Shown here piece after piece: positions 37,201 to 46,652 of a DNA stretch of 64,000 nucleotides. The notes beneath the pieces are model-generated. The model was not told where the DNA came from. It made no database searches and saw nothing but the letters and a program-made list of their open reading frames with translations. The stretch is from Candidatus Aminicenantes bacterium (GTDB taxonomy: Bacteria; Acidobacteriota; Aminicenantia; Aminicenantales; UBA4085), in contig JAUYDS010000118.1 in the NCBI GenBank assembly GCA_030691735.1, positions 21,536-85,535 of the forward strand, given 5' to 3'. Within the stretch, counting starts at the first letter, position 1, and each line of letters starts with the position of its first letter. Made by a program: the position numbers and the translations under genes.

Positions 37201-39288
37201 ATGAAGCGCAAAAACACAACAAGCGCGATCACGGCCGTGTTCGCGGCCCTGGCCTTCTTCGGCCTCGGCGCGACGGGAACGGCTCAGGATTTCACGAAAT
37301 ATCACAACTACGCGGAACTGTCGGCCATGCTCCAGAACCTGGCCGGCGCCAACAAGACCCTGGTCAAGCTGGAGTCCATCGGCAAGACGCTGGAGAAGCG
37401 CGATATCTGGGCGGTCCAGATCGCCAATCCCGGAGGCGTTCCGCTCGCGGAACGGCCCGGTCTGCTGATTGCGGCCAACTTCGAGGCAGACCATCTGATC
37501 GGCAGTGAACTGGCGATGTTCATCGCCGACTATCTCGTCAAGAACTACGCCTCGAATGCCAACGTCAAGCAGCGGCTGGATAACTCTGTCATTTATATCC
37601 TGCCCCGGATCAATCCCGACGGGGCCGAGTTCATGTGGGCGCCTTTGAAATGGGCGCGTCGGACGAACACCCGGCCGTTCGACGACGACAACGACGGCCG
37701 CATCGACGAGGACGGGCCCGTGGACCTCAACAAGGACGGCCTTATCACCGTCATGCGGGTCAAGGACCCCAACGGCGATTACATCATCGACCCCGATGAA
37801 CCCCGCTTGATGCGGAAGGCCGATCCCAAGAAAGGCGAACGGGGCGAATACGCGATCTACCGCGAAGGGATCGACCAGGACAAGGACGGCTTCATCGGCG
37901 AGGACGGGCCCGGCGGCGTCAACGTCAACCGGAACTTCATGCACGAATATCCCTACACCAAGACGGAAGCCGGGCGCTACATGGTCAGCGAGAGCGAGAC
38001 GCGGGCCGTCCTGGAATGGATGTTGGCCCACCGCAACGTGGCCGCGATCCTGACCTTCGGCGAAAGCGACAATCTGATCGTCCCGCCGAACACGAGCGGA
38101 CGGCTCTCCTCTTCCAAACAGATCGACCTCGTCGAGTTCGCCAACGCGACCGTGGCCGGCGCCAACCGCGTCGGCATATTCGCGTCAGCCGGCGGATTCG
38201 GCGGACGGGGAGGAGGTCGTGGCGGCGGAGGGGGCGAAATGATCATCAGCGAGGAGATGCTGAGCCAGCTCATGGCCGCCGGCGGTGGCCAGTTCATCAT
38301 GGGCGGCGCAGGAGGCGGAGGACGCGGGGGCCAGCAGACGGCGGCTCAGCAGCCGGCCAGCGCCCGCGCCCAACAGCCGGCTCGGGCCGCGGCGACCACG
38401 GTCAACGCGGCCGATATCGACTATTTCCGGTTGATCGGCGCCAAATACGTCGAGCTGACCGGGATTCGGCAACAGCCGCTCGTCGTCAATCCCGAAGGCG
38501 CTTTCTTCCAATACGGATATTATCAATTCGGCGTTCCTTCTTTTTCGACGCCGGGCTGGGGTTTGCCTGAAGCTCAGCGCGGCCAAAGCATGGGCATGCC
38601 TGGAATGGGACAGGGAGGGCAGCTTCCCGCCGGCGGGCAGGCTCAGGCCGCGGCCATGATGGGCCAGCGCGGGGCCGGCGGCGGACAGAGAGGCGCCGGC
38701 ACGACTGGTATGACCGGAACCGCCGCCGCGGGCGGCGGCGAACAGGCTCAGTCTTACGACCGCCAGCTCCTGCAGTGGATGGACAAGGAGAAGATCGACG
38801 GCTTCGCGGCCTGGACCAAAACCAAACATCCGGATCTCGGCGAGGTCGAGATCGGCGGGTTCAAGCCCTATGTTTCGGTCGATCCTCCCGCGGCTAAGAT
38901 CGCCGAACTGGGCAAGTCCCACGCCGAGTTCGCTCTCTATCTGTCGTCGATTTTCCCGAAGGTCGGCATCGCCAAGCTCGAGGCCACGAACCACGGCGGC
39001 GGCATTTTCCGGATCAAGGCCGAAGTCGAGAACAGCGGCTTCCTGCCGACCGCTCTCGGACAGGGCGTTACGACCCGGGCGGTTAAGGCGACCATGGTCC
39101 AACTTCAGGTCGCCCCGGAATCGATCATCTCCGGAAACGCGAAAACGAACAGCGTCCAAACGCTGGCCGGCTCCGGCGACCGGGTGAAGTTCGAATGGCT
39201 GATCAAGGCCAAGGCCGGCGACGCCATCGAGCTCAAAGTCGTGTCCCAGAAGGCGGGCGCGGACAAGCGGTCGGTGGTCCTGAAGTGA
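37201..39288 (+). CDS. Peptidase M14 (zinc carboxypeptidase)-family protein with Ca-binding-like DxDxDG inserts and Gly-rich region
   Basis: N-terminal YHNYAEL...IG.T.E.R.IW fold start typical of M14; FDDDNDGRIDEDGPVDLNKDG and DQDKDGFIGEDG motifs; first zinc motif reads EADH rather than HxxE. Confidence 0.6.
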   Translation: MKRKNTTSAITAVFAALAFFGLGATGTAQDFTKYHNYAELSAMLQNLAGANKTLVKLESIGKTLEKRDIWAVQIANPGGVPLAERPGLLIAANFEADHLIGSELAMFIADYLVKNYASNANVKQRLDNSVIYILPRINPDGAEFMWAPLKWARRTNTRPFDDDNDGRIDEDGPVDLNKDGLITVMRVKDPNGDYIIDPDEPRLMRKADPKKGERGEYAIYREGIDQDKDGFIGEDGPGGVNVNRNFMHEYPYTKTEAGRYMVSESETRAVLEWMLAHRNVAAILTFGESDNLIVPPNTSGRLSSSKQIDLVEFANATVAGANRVGIFASAGGFGGRGGGRGGGGGEMIISEEMLSQLMAAGGGQFIMGGAGGGGRGGQQTAAQQPASARAQQPARAAATTVNAADIDYFRLIGAKYVELTGIRQQPLVVNPEGAFFQYGYYQFGVPSFSTPGWGLPEAQRGQSMGMPGMGQGGQLPAGGQAQAAAMMGQRGAGGGQRGAGTTGMTGTAAAGGGEQAQSYDRQLLQWMDKEKIDGFAAWTKTKHPDLGEVEIGGFKPYVSVDPPAAKIAELGKSHAEFALYLSSIFPKVGIAKLEATNHGGGIFRIKAEVENSGFLPTALGQGVTTRAVKATMVQLQVAPESIISGNAKTNSVQTLAGSGDRVKFEWLIKAKAGDAIELKVVSQKAGADKRSVVLK

Positions 39289-39299
39289 GGAGGCGAGAG

Positions 39300-41117
39300 A
39301 TGAACAACCAGACAATCAACAACAGGAAAGGGACCTTCCGCGTCGTCAAGTCTCTCCTCGCCGTGTTGGCCCTGCTGGCCCTGATCCCCCAGGGCGGATT
39401 GACCCAGAAGTTCGCTTCGGACCCGCCGTTCAAGGTCAAGATCGATTTTAACCGCTGGCACGACACGGCTGAGATGTACGCCGACATGCGGCGGATGGAG
39501 CAGGCCTGGCCGAAGTTCGTCAAGGTCAACGTGATCGGCAAGAGCTACGAAGGCCGCGACATCATCGCCGTGACGATCAACAACCCCGACACGGGATCGG
39601 ACCTGAGCAAGGCGGCCATGATGATCGAGGCCAACGTCCACGGAAACGAGATCCAGGGCGGCGAGATCTGTCTTTATACGGTCTGGTATCTCATGGAGAA
39701 TTACGGCCGGCTCGATCAGGTCACCAGGCTCGTCAACGAGCGCGTTTTCTACATCATCCCGACGATCAACCCCGACGGCCGGCAGTACTTCTTCGAGAGC
39801 CCCAGCGCCAGCGCCCGGTCCGGCCATGTGCCGACGGACGACGACAGCGACTTCCAGTTCGACGAGGACAAGCCGGACGACCTCAACGGCAACGGCGTTA
39901 TCGAGCAGATGCGGAAATACCTGCCCGGTAAGGGAAACTACCGGCCGAGCGCGGTCGACCCGCGGATGATGGAAGCCTCTCCCTTCGGTGAGAAGGGTGA
40001 CTACATCATGCTCGGCTCGGAGGGTATCGATAGCGACCACGACGGCCGCGTGGACGAGGACGCCGCCGGCGGCTACGACGGGAACCGGAACTATCCCTTC
40101 GACTGGCAGCCGAACTACATCCAGAGCGGGGCCATGGATTTCCCGACCCAGCTCCCCGAGGCCAAGGCCGAAGTCGATTTCATCTTCGCTCACCCCAACA
40201 TCTCCGGCGTCCAGTCTTATCACAACAACGGCGGCATGATCCTGCGCGGCCCCGGCGCGGAAGCCGTGGGAGATTATCCGACGAGCGACATCCGGGCCTA
40301 TGACGAGCTCGGACGGATGGGCGAGAGGATCCTGCCGTTCTATCGCTATATCGTCATCTGGAGCGGCCTCTACACCGTCCACGGAGGGTTCATCGATTGG
40401 ACCAACGACGGCATGGGCATCCTGTCGTTCTCCAACGAGCTGTGGAGCGGCGAGCAGTACTTCACCAGCCCCGAGCTCAAGGAGCAGCAGAAGGACCCCA
40501 ACAGCCCGATCGCGCCCCAGAAGTCGCGCTATTTTTTCAACGACAAGGTCGAGTTCGGCGCCCAGTTCATGGAGTGGAAGAAGTTCAATCATCCCCAGTT
40601 CGGCGAGGTCGAGATCGGCGGCACGTGGAGGAAATTCACCAGCCGCGTCCCGCCCCGGTTCATGAACGAGGAACTCTGTCACCGCAACATGGCCTTCACC
40701 TTGATCCAGGCCGACGAGATGCCGATGATCAAGATGGGCGGGGCGGCGGCGGCGGAGAAGATCGGCGGCGACGTCTACCGCCTCTTCGTGAACATCGCCA
40801 ATCCCAAGGTTGCGCCGACGATCCTGGAGCGGGTCGCCCCGAACGGAATCATCCGGCCCGACCTGCTGACCCTCGACGGCAAAAACGTCGAAATCATTTC
40901 CGCGAGCTGGATCAGCGACGAGGAGACCTACAAAGTGAAGCCGGCCGTGACCCAGTTCATCGACCAGAAGAACCTGAAGCGGATCATGCTCCGGAACGGA
41001 CTGGCCGGCAGGACGGCCCGGACGATCATGTACATCGTCAAAGGCTCGGGCGAGGTGACGGTCAAATACGACTCCGTCAAGGGAGGAACCGCCAGCAAGA
41101 CATTGAAGCTGCAATAA
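39300..41117 (+). CDS. Peptidase M14 (zinc carboxypeptidase)-family protein, paralog with canonical HGNE zinc motif
   Basis: IEANVHGNE (HxxE); signal peptide; DDDSDFQFDEDKPDDLNGNG and DSDHDGRVDEDAAGGYDGN Ca-binding-like loops; start at the internal Met of ORF 39195..41117 with RBS. Confidence 0.7.
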   Translation: MNNQTINNRKGTFRVVKSLLAVLALLALIPQGGLTQKFASDPPFKVKIDFNRWHDTAEMYADMRRMEQAWPKFVKVNVIGKSYEGRDIIAVTINNPDTGSDLSKAAMMIEANVHGNEIQGGEICLYTVWYLMENYGRLDQVTRLVNERVFYIIPTINPDGRQYFFESPSASARSGHVPTDDDSDFQFDEDKPDDLNGNGVIEQMRKYLPGKGNYRPSAVDPRMMEASPFGEKGDYIMLGSEGIDSDHDGRVDEDAAGGYDGNRNYPFDWQPNYIQSGAMDFPTQLPEAKAEVDFIFAHPNISGVQSYHNNGGMILRGPGAEAVGDYPTSDIRAYDELGRMGERILPFYRYIVIWSGLYTVHGGFIDWTNDGMGILSFSNELWSGEQYFTSPELKEQQKDPNSPIAPQKSRYFFNDKVEFGAQFMEWKKFNHPQFGEVEIGGTWRKFTSRVPPRFMNEELCHRNMAFTLIQADEMPMIKMGGAAAAEKIGGDVYRLFVNIANPKVAPTILERVAPNGIIRPDLLTLDGKNVEIISASWISDEETYKVKPAVTQFIDQKNLKRIMLRNGLAGRTARTIMYIVKGSGEVTVKYDSVKGGTASKTLKLQ

Positions 41118-41135
41118 AAAAATAGGAAAAATAGG

Positions 41136-41214
41136 AGACACATATGGAATTCCTCAGTATTTGCGAAAATCGAGTATCCATACCGAATTCTAAAGAATTC
41201 GGTATATGTCCCCA
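41136..41214 (+). repeat. Repeat family C hairpin (ATACCGAATTC-TAAA-GAATTCGGTAT) upstream of tRNA-Gly
   Basis: Perfect 11-bp inverted repeat containing EcoRI sites; related copies at 41411 and 47093. Confidence 0.7.
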
Positions 41215-41317
41215 ATCTCTTGGATCTCCTCCAGGTTGACAAGAGGGGCGTTTCCGTTTAAATTCTATCTCCCGCCGGCCGACGACGACTCTTTCCGGGG
41301 GAGGGAGAGCGGGCATA

Positions 41318-41389
41318 GCTCAATGGTAGAGTACGGGCTTCCCAAGCCCGGAGTTGTGGGTTCGAGTCCCATTGCCCGCTCTATCTCCC
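41318..41389 (+). tRNA. tRNA-Gly (anticodon CCC)
   Basis: Cloverleaf: acceptor GCGGGCA/TGCCCGC, anticodon stem CGGGC/GCCCG with loop TTCCCAA, T-arm GTGGGTTCGAGTCCCAT. Confidence 0.85.
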
Positions 41390-41410
41390 CCAGTTTAAAG
41401 GTGATGAAGA

Positions 41411-41452
41411 GGGGACACGTACCGAATTCTCCGGAATTCGGCACAGGTCCCT
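41411..41452 (+). repeat. Repeat family C hairpin (GGGGACACGTACCGAATTC-TCCG-GAATTCGGCACAGGTCCC) downstream of tRNA-Gly
   Basis: About 18-bp imperfect inverted repeat, 22 nt after the tRNA; could act as a terminator. Confidence 0.65.
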
Positions 41453-41481
41453 CCGTTGAAAATGTGTCCTCTTGTTTTAAA

Positions 41482-42306
41482 ATGAAGACCTGGCACCTGC
41501 TCATCGAACCCGCCCCCTTGACAGGCTCCCTCAACATGGCCGTCGATGATTTCCTGTTCCATTCCGCGGTGTCGACGGGCCGCACGTTTCTTCGGTTCTA
41601 CCAGTGGCAGCGGCCGACGGCCTCCCTCGGAGCGACGCAGAACGTGGCCAAGGTCATCGACCTCGATTTCTGCCGCAATCATGGGATCGATGTCGTCCGC
41701 CGGATCACCGGGGGCAAGCTCGTCCTCCACCATCGGGAGATCACCTATTCGATCTGTTCCTCTGATGAGGCGACGTTCACGCCGACCCTGGCCGGCTCGT
41801 ACAAGCTCATTTCCCGGGCGCTTCTCCGCGGCCTGGAAAAAATGGGGATTCGGCCCTCGTCGGCCGAACAGGCGCCGCCGTTCTACGCGAAGAGCGATCT
41901 GCCCTGTTTCTCTCATCCGGCCCGGGATGAGATCGAAGTCGACGGCAAGAAGATCATCGGCAGCGCCCAGAAAAGGACCGGGAGCCGGTTCCTTCAGCAC
42001 GGCTCAATCCCGCTGGCCCATGATGAAGGCCTGCTCAAAGCCGTATCGCTCCGGGGAGCGGACCCGGCCGAGATCCGGATGACCTCTCTTTCCGAGGTCT
42101 TGGGCCGGCCCGTCGATTTCGCTTGGGCGGTCGAGCGGCTGGCCGTGGGATTCAAAGAGTTCTTCGGAGTTCGGTTCGAGCCGTTGGCGTTCGGAGCCGA
42201 GGACCTGGTCCGCATCCGCGATATCCAACGGTCTAAATACGATGACGAGGAATGGACGCTCCGCGGCAGGACCCGCGTCGGGGCCCCGACAGACCTTGAT
42301 TCCTGA
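41482..42306 (+). CDS. Lipoate-protein ligase A / octanoyltransferase family (BPL_LplA_LipB catalytic domain)
   Basis: Catalytic-domain-only protein (~275 aa) with the conserved lysine region (KKIIGSAQKRTGSRFLQHGSI). Confidence 0.7.
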   Translation: MKTWHLLIEPAPLTGSLNMAVDDFLFHSAVSTGRTFLRFYQWQRPTASLGATQNVAKVIDLDFCRNHGIDVVRRITGGKLVLHHREITYSICSSDEATFTPTLAGSYKLISRALLRGLEKMGIRPSSAEQAPPFYAKSDLPCFSHPARDEIEVDGKKIIGSAQKRTGSRFLQHGSIPLAHDEGLLKAVSLRGADPAEIRMTSLSEVLGRPVDFAWAVERLAVGFKEFFGVRFEPLAFGAEDLVRIRDIQRSKYDDEEWTLRGRTRVGAPTDLDS

Positions 42307-42353
42307 TCCGTCCGGTGCTACTATCTTGTTGACAGAACGAATGAGGGACGCCC

Positions 42354-43247
42354 ATGAACGAAGCCGATGAACTCCTCAAGCTCGACCTCAAAGACCTTCC
42401 GGTCCTCAAGCCCCTGGCTTACGACGATCTCCATCAGAAGGCCTTGAAGAACCTCTACTTGGAGCTCGGAACGGGCGCAGTGAACTTTCTTCTTTCGCCG
42501 TCCTATTCCGTCCTCCACCCCGCGCCCAACGAGACGATCAACGAGCTCATCACCCAGAAGGAGGGGCTCCTCGACTACCTCAAGGAATGCCTCATTCAGA
42601 ACTTGGCCGCCTATTCCGTGCTGATCGAGGTCAACAGCTATTTCATCGAACAGAACAACTACCTCCTGCTGGCCCGACTGAGGGAAAAGGACTCGGGCGG
42701 CCGGCGCTACGAGATCAAGTTCTATACCCACGCCCCGATGGAGATCCTGACCCATTACGAGGACAAGATCTACATCGGCCGCGACTTCGTCGAAATCTAC
42801 AATTTCAAACGGAAATATTTCGGCATCCGGGAGCTCATCGTCTCGCTCAAGGACCAATCGGAGAAGCTCGAGCGCAAAGCCTCAGAGAAGCTGACCAAGC
42901 CGCTGGGCTACAAGTCGTTCTTTCAGGAGATCAAGGAATCCGTCGGCGAACTGAACGCCGAATGTCTGGCGATCCTCGAGCCGCTGCCGCCCTATCTCGA
43001 TTTCGCCAAGCTTGGCGAGCAGGACCTGATCGACATCAACGCCCAGTACCGGTCCATCAACCACTACCTCATCGAGCTCCACGACGAGGTCGGGGAATTC
43101 GAGAACCTGCTCCGGTTCAAGATGGAGATCGACTTTGTCCGCTACGTGACGAAGTACAAGAAGGACCTGACCAACCTGATCTCGTATTTCAACATCAAGA
43201 TCAACGGCGCCCTGTCGCAGCGCATCTTCCATTCCCGCCATAAATAG
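42354..43247 (+). CDS. Hypothetical protein (no recognised domain)
   Basis: 297-aa ORF with typical codon usage; predicted helical, Lys/Glu-rich. Confidence 0.45.
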   Translation: MNEADELLKLDLKDLPVLKPLAYDDLHQKALKNLYLELGTGAVNFLLSPSYSVLHPAPNETINELITQKEGLLDYLKECLIQNLAAYSVLIEVNSYFIEQNNYLLLARLREKDSGGRRYEIKFYTHAPMEILTHYEDKIYIGRDFVEIYNFKRKYFGIRELIVSLKDQSEKLERKASEKLTKPLGYKSFFQEIKESVGELNAECLAILEPLPPYLDFAKLGEQDLIDINAQYRSINHYLIELHDEVGEFENLLRFKMEIDFVRYVTKYKKDLTNLISYFNIKINGALSQRIFHSRHK

Positions 43248-43264
43248 GCCTGAGGTCCCGTTCC

Positions 43265-44590
43265 TCAGATCGTTTTGGCGGGCCTTTTGATCTCTTCGAT
43301 GCGGATGTCGGCGTAGGACGTGGACAGCGTGATCGAGGGCTTTCCCGTTTCTTCCTGGAAAGCCTTGATCAGGGATTCCCCGTTGGTCTCCTCGAGCGAA
43401 GGCCTTTCGGCCAGGTTCCATAGAATGCGGGCGGACCTTGTCCGGCCTTCGAACGGGAACCGCCCTCCCGCCGGCCAGCCGAAGCGGATCGCGGCATAAG
43501 TGGCTTGAACGTCGATCGGCCCGGTCACGGCATCCGGCTCGAGGACCAGGTCGCCGTGGTTCAGGCGGACGGTGGTTTTCCCGGTGAAACCCAGGATTTC
43601 GACGTTCTGGTTGGAGGTTTTGATGCGGATCTCCCCGGCCGCGACGGATCGGGCCCGGATCTCCATGTTGGTCCCCTCGATCCGGAGATCGCCCTTCAGA
43701 TCGTCCAGCAGGACGCGGGCGTAGTTGTCAGTGATCAAGAGGGAACCGGCGACGGCCCTGACTTCGATGTCGGAGTGGTGACCGCGGATCGTCGTCGGCC
43801 CGACCTCGGTCAGGACAATGGGTTCATAGGAGCTTCCGACCTCGACCTCGGCCTTGAGCCCCTTGCCCGTCACCCGCGAATGCGAGCCCTTGACGACGAC
43901 CTTCCCGGCGATATTCTCCAGCTCCACGTCGCCGTAGCTGTGGTCGAGGAGCAGTCCGCCCCGGACGCCAATCACGGTGATCTTGGCGTGCGGGCAGGTG
44001 ACCTGGCAGTCGGTCCGGGCATTGAGGATCGACACATCCTCATAGCTGCTGCTGACGATCAGCCCCCCGGCGATGTCCGACGCTTGAATCTCGCCGTGGG
44101 GATTGACGATGTCCGTCTTTCCCGTCCCGGCGGTTTTGACCAATCCATAGGAATTCTTGACCAGGACCTCCATCCCGGCGGGGACCGAGATCTTGAAATG
44201 GGTCTCGAAGTTCTTGCGCTTGAACGCCTCGCGGTTCGTCGACAGGACGAGCGTCGGCTCGCTCCGGTTGACGACCATCTTCATCTGGTCCGCGATTTTC
44301 CGGGCTTCGTCCCCGTTCTTGCGGGTGATGCTCTTTTTGAACACGATCGTGATCTTGTCGGTCTCCGTTCCCTGGATCTCGACGCTGCCATGGGCGTTGA
44401 TCACCTGGAGCTCCCGGGGAAGGGGGGCGGAGATCTCCTGCGATTCCTCGAAGACGAACTCCTCGCCCCGTCCGAACAGAAAAAGATCGCCTCCGTCCCA
44501 GGCGATGTCGAGCTTCCCCGTCTTGGCGTAGTAAATGAAAATGCCGGCGCCGATGATCAATAAGACGAGGAAGATCTCCCGGGCTTTCAT
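43265..44590 (-). CDS. DUF4097 (LiaG/YvlB-like putative adhesin) domain protein with N-terminal TM anchor
   Basis: Repetitive beta-strand-rich G-x-I/V-x-V pattern typical of DUF4097; N-terminal TM helix. Confidence 0.65.
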   Translation of the reverse strand: MKAREIFLVLLIIGAGIFIYYAKTGKLDIAWDGGDLFLFGRGEEFVFEESQEISAPLPRELQVINAHGSVEIQGTETDKITIVFKKSITRKNGDEARKIADQMKMVVNRSEPTLVLSTNREAFKRKNFETHFKISVPAGMEVLVKNSYGLVKTAGTGKTDIVNPHGEIQASDIAGGLIVSSSYEDVSILNARTDCQVTCPHAKITVIGVRGGLLLDHSYGDVELENIAGKVVVKGSHSRVTGKGLKAEVEVGSSYEPIVLTEVGPTTIRGHHSDIEVRAVAGSLLITDNYARVLLDDLKGDLRIEGTNMEIRARSVAAGEIRIKTSNQNVEILGFTGKTTVRLNHGDLVLEPDAVTGPIDVQATYAAIRFGWPAGGRFPFEGRTRSARILWNLAERPSLEETNGESLIKAFQEETGKPSITLSTSYADIRIEEIKRPAKTI

Positions 44591-44817
44591 GGTTTAGCCT
44601 GCGGCCCAGGGCCGGGCGTCTCTCCCTCCCGGTTCTCTTTCTTCTCCTGGAGCCCGTTATAGAGCTTGAGCCCGCCCCAGACGATGAGGATCACGGGCCA
44701 GAGCTTCCAAAGGGTATCCCAGATACGGATGTCGAAATTCTCGAGGAAGAAGATCGCCCCGATGACGATCAGGATCACTCCCCAAACGAGCGGGTCTTTG
44801 CGGCGATGCTGTGACAT
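44587..44817 (-). CDS. Small membrane protein with LiaF/LiaI-like TM region (DUF5668-like)
   Basis: LENFDIRIWDTLWKLWPVILIVWGGLKL motif shared with the C-terminus of the next gene. Confidence 0.55.
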   Translation of the reverse strand: MSQHRRKDPLVWGVILIVIGAIFFLENFDIRIWDTLWKLWPVILIVWGGLKLYNGLQEKKENREGETPGPGPQAKP

Positions 44818-44830
44818 GGTGACTCCTTTG

Positions 44831-45328
44831 TCAGGCTTTCTTTTTGATGAAATAATCGGAGATCATTTTCAGGCCGATGACGATGATGATCACGGGCCAG
44901 AACTCGAAGATCCGGTCGTAATCGATGATCTCAAAATTGCTCAAGAGGAAAATGACGCCCAAGCCCATCAGAACGAGACCCCAGAAAGCCGAGCCTGACC
45001 GCGGGGCCAGCCGGGTGTCGGCCGCGCCCGGCGGCGGCGCGGCTTGAGCGGGCTCCGCCTCCGACAGGGCCTTTTGGTTGATCGCCTTGGCCGTCTGCAC
45101 GGCCTCAAGGATCTGATAGATGTAGAATGCGGCGAAGACGAGGGGCAGAAAGGGATGCGGGCCGTGCGGCATCATGGAGATGGCGCCGGCGAAGATGATG
45201 AAGAATAAGAGGGCCTTCGTCGGCTCGCCGTTGTAAAGCTGGCCGGCTCCGGGGAAGAACCCCGAGAGGATGCCGGCGGCTGCGGGCGACTTCGGCGGTC
45301 TTTTTTGAATGATGATCGAGTCGGTCAT
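44831..45328 (-). CDS. Membrane protein with TM2-like N-domain and LiaF/LiaI-like C-terminal TM region
   Basis: GFFPGAGQLYNG (TM2/DUF5683-like) plus LSNFEIIDYDRIFEFWPVIIIVIGLKMI. Confidence 0.55.
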   Translation of the reverse strand: MTDSIIIQKRPPKSPAAAGILSGFFPGAGQLYNGEPTKALLFFIIFAGAISMMPHGPHPFLPLVFAAFYIYQILEAVQTAKAINQKALSEAEPAQAAPPPGAADTRLAPRSGSAFWGLVLMGLGVIFLLSNFEIIDYDRIFEFWPVIIIVIGLKMISDYFIKKKA

Positions 45329-45350
45329 GTTATACCTCCATGGTTGAGTT

Positions 45351-45845
45351 TCATTCGTCGGTCTTGCCTAAAGGATTGACCTTCTTGAGCGAGACGAGAA
45401 CGTTGTCGGCCACGCCGCCAAGGCTGTCCGTGAGCGACCCGGCCTTGGCGTAAAGTTTTTCGACCTGGCTGTAGCCCAGGTGGAGTTGACGGTTGATGGC
45501 CTTGTTGATCTGGGTCTTGGCCGGGCTAAAGACGTAGAAGGTGAACAGGGTGAGGACAACGGCCGCGGCGGCGAAGGCGGGTTGGAGCGAAGGCCGGAGC
45601 AGAACATCCAGGCCGAACCTGAATCTCCGGCGGGCGGGGATGGCATAGAGCGTCTCGCGCAGGTCCGCGGGCGGCTCGACCTCGGGGAAGCGGGACAGAG
45701 ACGCATCCGCCGTCCTCAGGGAGGCCAGGAGCGCCGCGCAGTCCGGACAGGCGTCGAGGTGCCGTTCGACGGCGGCCCACTCGTCGGGACCGAGTTCGGC
45801 GTCGGCGTAAGCCGCTAGAAGATCCTCGATCTTGTCACAGGTCAT
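45351..45845 (-). CDS. Anti-sigma factor (zf-HC2 type) with one TM segment
   Basis: N-terminal H-x3-C-x2-C (HLDACPDCAA) motif; central TM helix; overlaps the sigma gene stop. Confidence 0.75.
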   Translation of the reverse strand: MTCDKIEDLLAAYADAELGPDEWAAVERHLDACPDCAALLASLRTADASLSRFPEVEPPADLRETLYAIPARRRFRFGLDVLLRPSLQPAFAAAAVVLTLFTFYVFSPAKTQINKAINRQLHLGYSQVEKLYAKAGSLTDSLGGVADNVLVSLKKVNPLGKTDE

Positions 45846-46395
45846 GGGCGTTCTCCTTGCGGTTCCGCAAGATCTTGGCCAGTTGGAGCCGGCCGCGATT
45901 GATGCGCGACTTCACCGTTCCGACCGGAAGGGTCAGGATTTCCGCGACCTCTTCGTAGGTCTTGCCCTGGAGCTCCTTGAGGATGATGGCCATCCGCATG
46001 TCGTTGGGCAGGTCGTTCAGCCCCCGCCACAGCATCTTCCGGTTTTCTTCCTCGACAAGGCCGCGCTCCGGATCATCGGCGGCCGCCGCGCTCTGGATAT
46101 GCTCGTCGAAGTCATCCCGCTGTTTCTTCTCCCATTTCGTCCGGCGGTATTCGTCGATGAGGTGGTTCTTGGCCAGGGTCAGGAACCAGACCGTGAAATT
46201 CCTGCCGAAATCGTATTTGGACAGAGCGTGATGGAGCTTGACGAAGATGTCCTGGGTCAGGTCCTGGGCCTCCTGGAAGCTGCCGGCGAACTGATAGGAC
46301 ATATTGAAGATCTTCTTAGAGTAGAGGTCGACGAGCATTTTCCAGGCTCCTTCCCGGCCGTCCAGGCAATCTCGGATGATCGCTTCCAAGTTCAT
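45835..46395 (-). CDS. RNA polymerase ECF-type sigma factor
   Basis: Sigma70 region 2 (TQDIFVKL...YD....F..WF) and region 4 (TYEEVAEILTLPVGTVKSRI). Confidence 0.85.
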   Translation of the reverse strand: MNLEAIIRDCLDGREGAWKMLVDLYSKKIFNMSYQFAGSFQEAQDLTQDIFVKLHHALSKYDFGRNFTVWFLTLAKNHLIDEYRRTKWEKKQRDDFDEHIQSAAAADDPERGLVEEENRKMLWRGLNDLPNDMRMAIILKELQGKTYEEVAEILTLPVGTVKSRINRGRLQLAKILRNRKENAHDL

Positions 46396-46507
46396 TCACG
46401 ACATCCCGATAGACGATAAACGGAGCCCGAGAGTTCCCTGACGGCTTGATGGATGGTCAGATATTTCCTGCGTCGGCCTATGGGCCCAATTTTCATGGAT
46501 GCGCCTA

Positions 46508-46652
46508 ATCCCCCTTGATCCCCCTTTAGAAAAGGGGGATTCCGAGAATTGACCCAGCTATTATAAAGGAGGATCTGAGATTTTATCCCCCCTTTTCTAA
46601 AAAGGGAGTCCCAGCTTCTTTCCCCCCCTTCTAAAGGGGGGAGGGGGGATTA
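46508..46652 (+). repeat. Repeat family B: tandem C/G-clamp hairpins (second locus)
   Basis: CCCCCTTTAGAAAAGGGGG, CCCCCCTTTTCTAAAAAGGGAG, CCCCCCCTTCTAAAGGGGGGAGGGGGGATTAT; the terminal ~40 nt match the 30082-30121 locus. Confidence 0.7.

Noticed and set aside
38160-38760. Apparent repetitiveness in the M14 and BNR genes (GGC/GGA-rich stretches)
   Set aside because: These encode Gly/Gln/Ala-rich low-complexity protein linkers in frame. They are not DNA-level repeat elements or mobile sequences.
33671-41141. Long minus-strand ORFs (33671..35767, 35900..36937, 37147..38031, 38185..39315, 39105..41141) opposite the BNR and M14 genes
   Set aside because: Antisense artefacts of strongly supported plus-strand secreted-protein genes.
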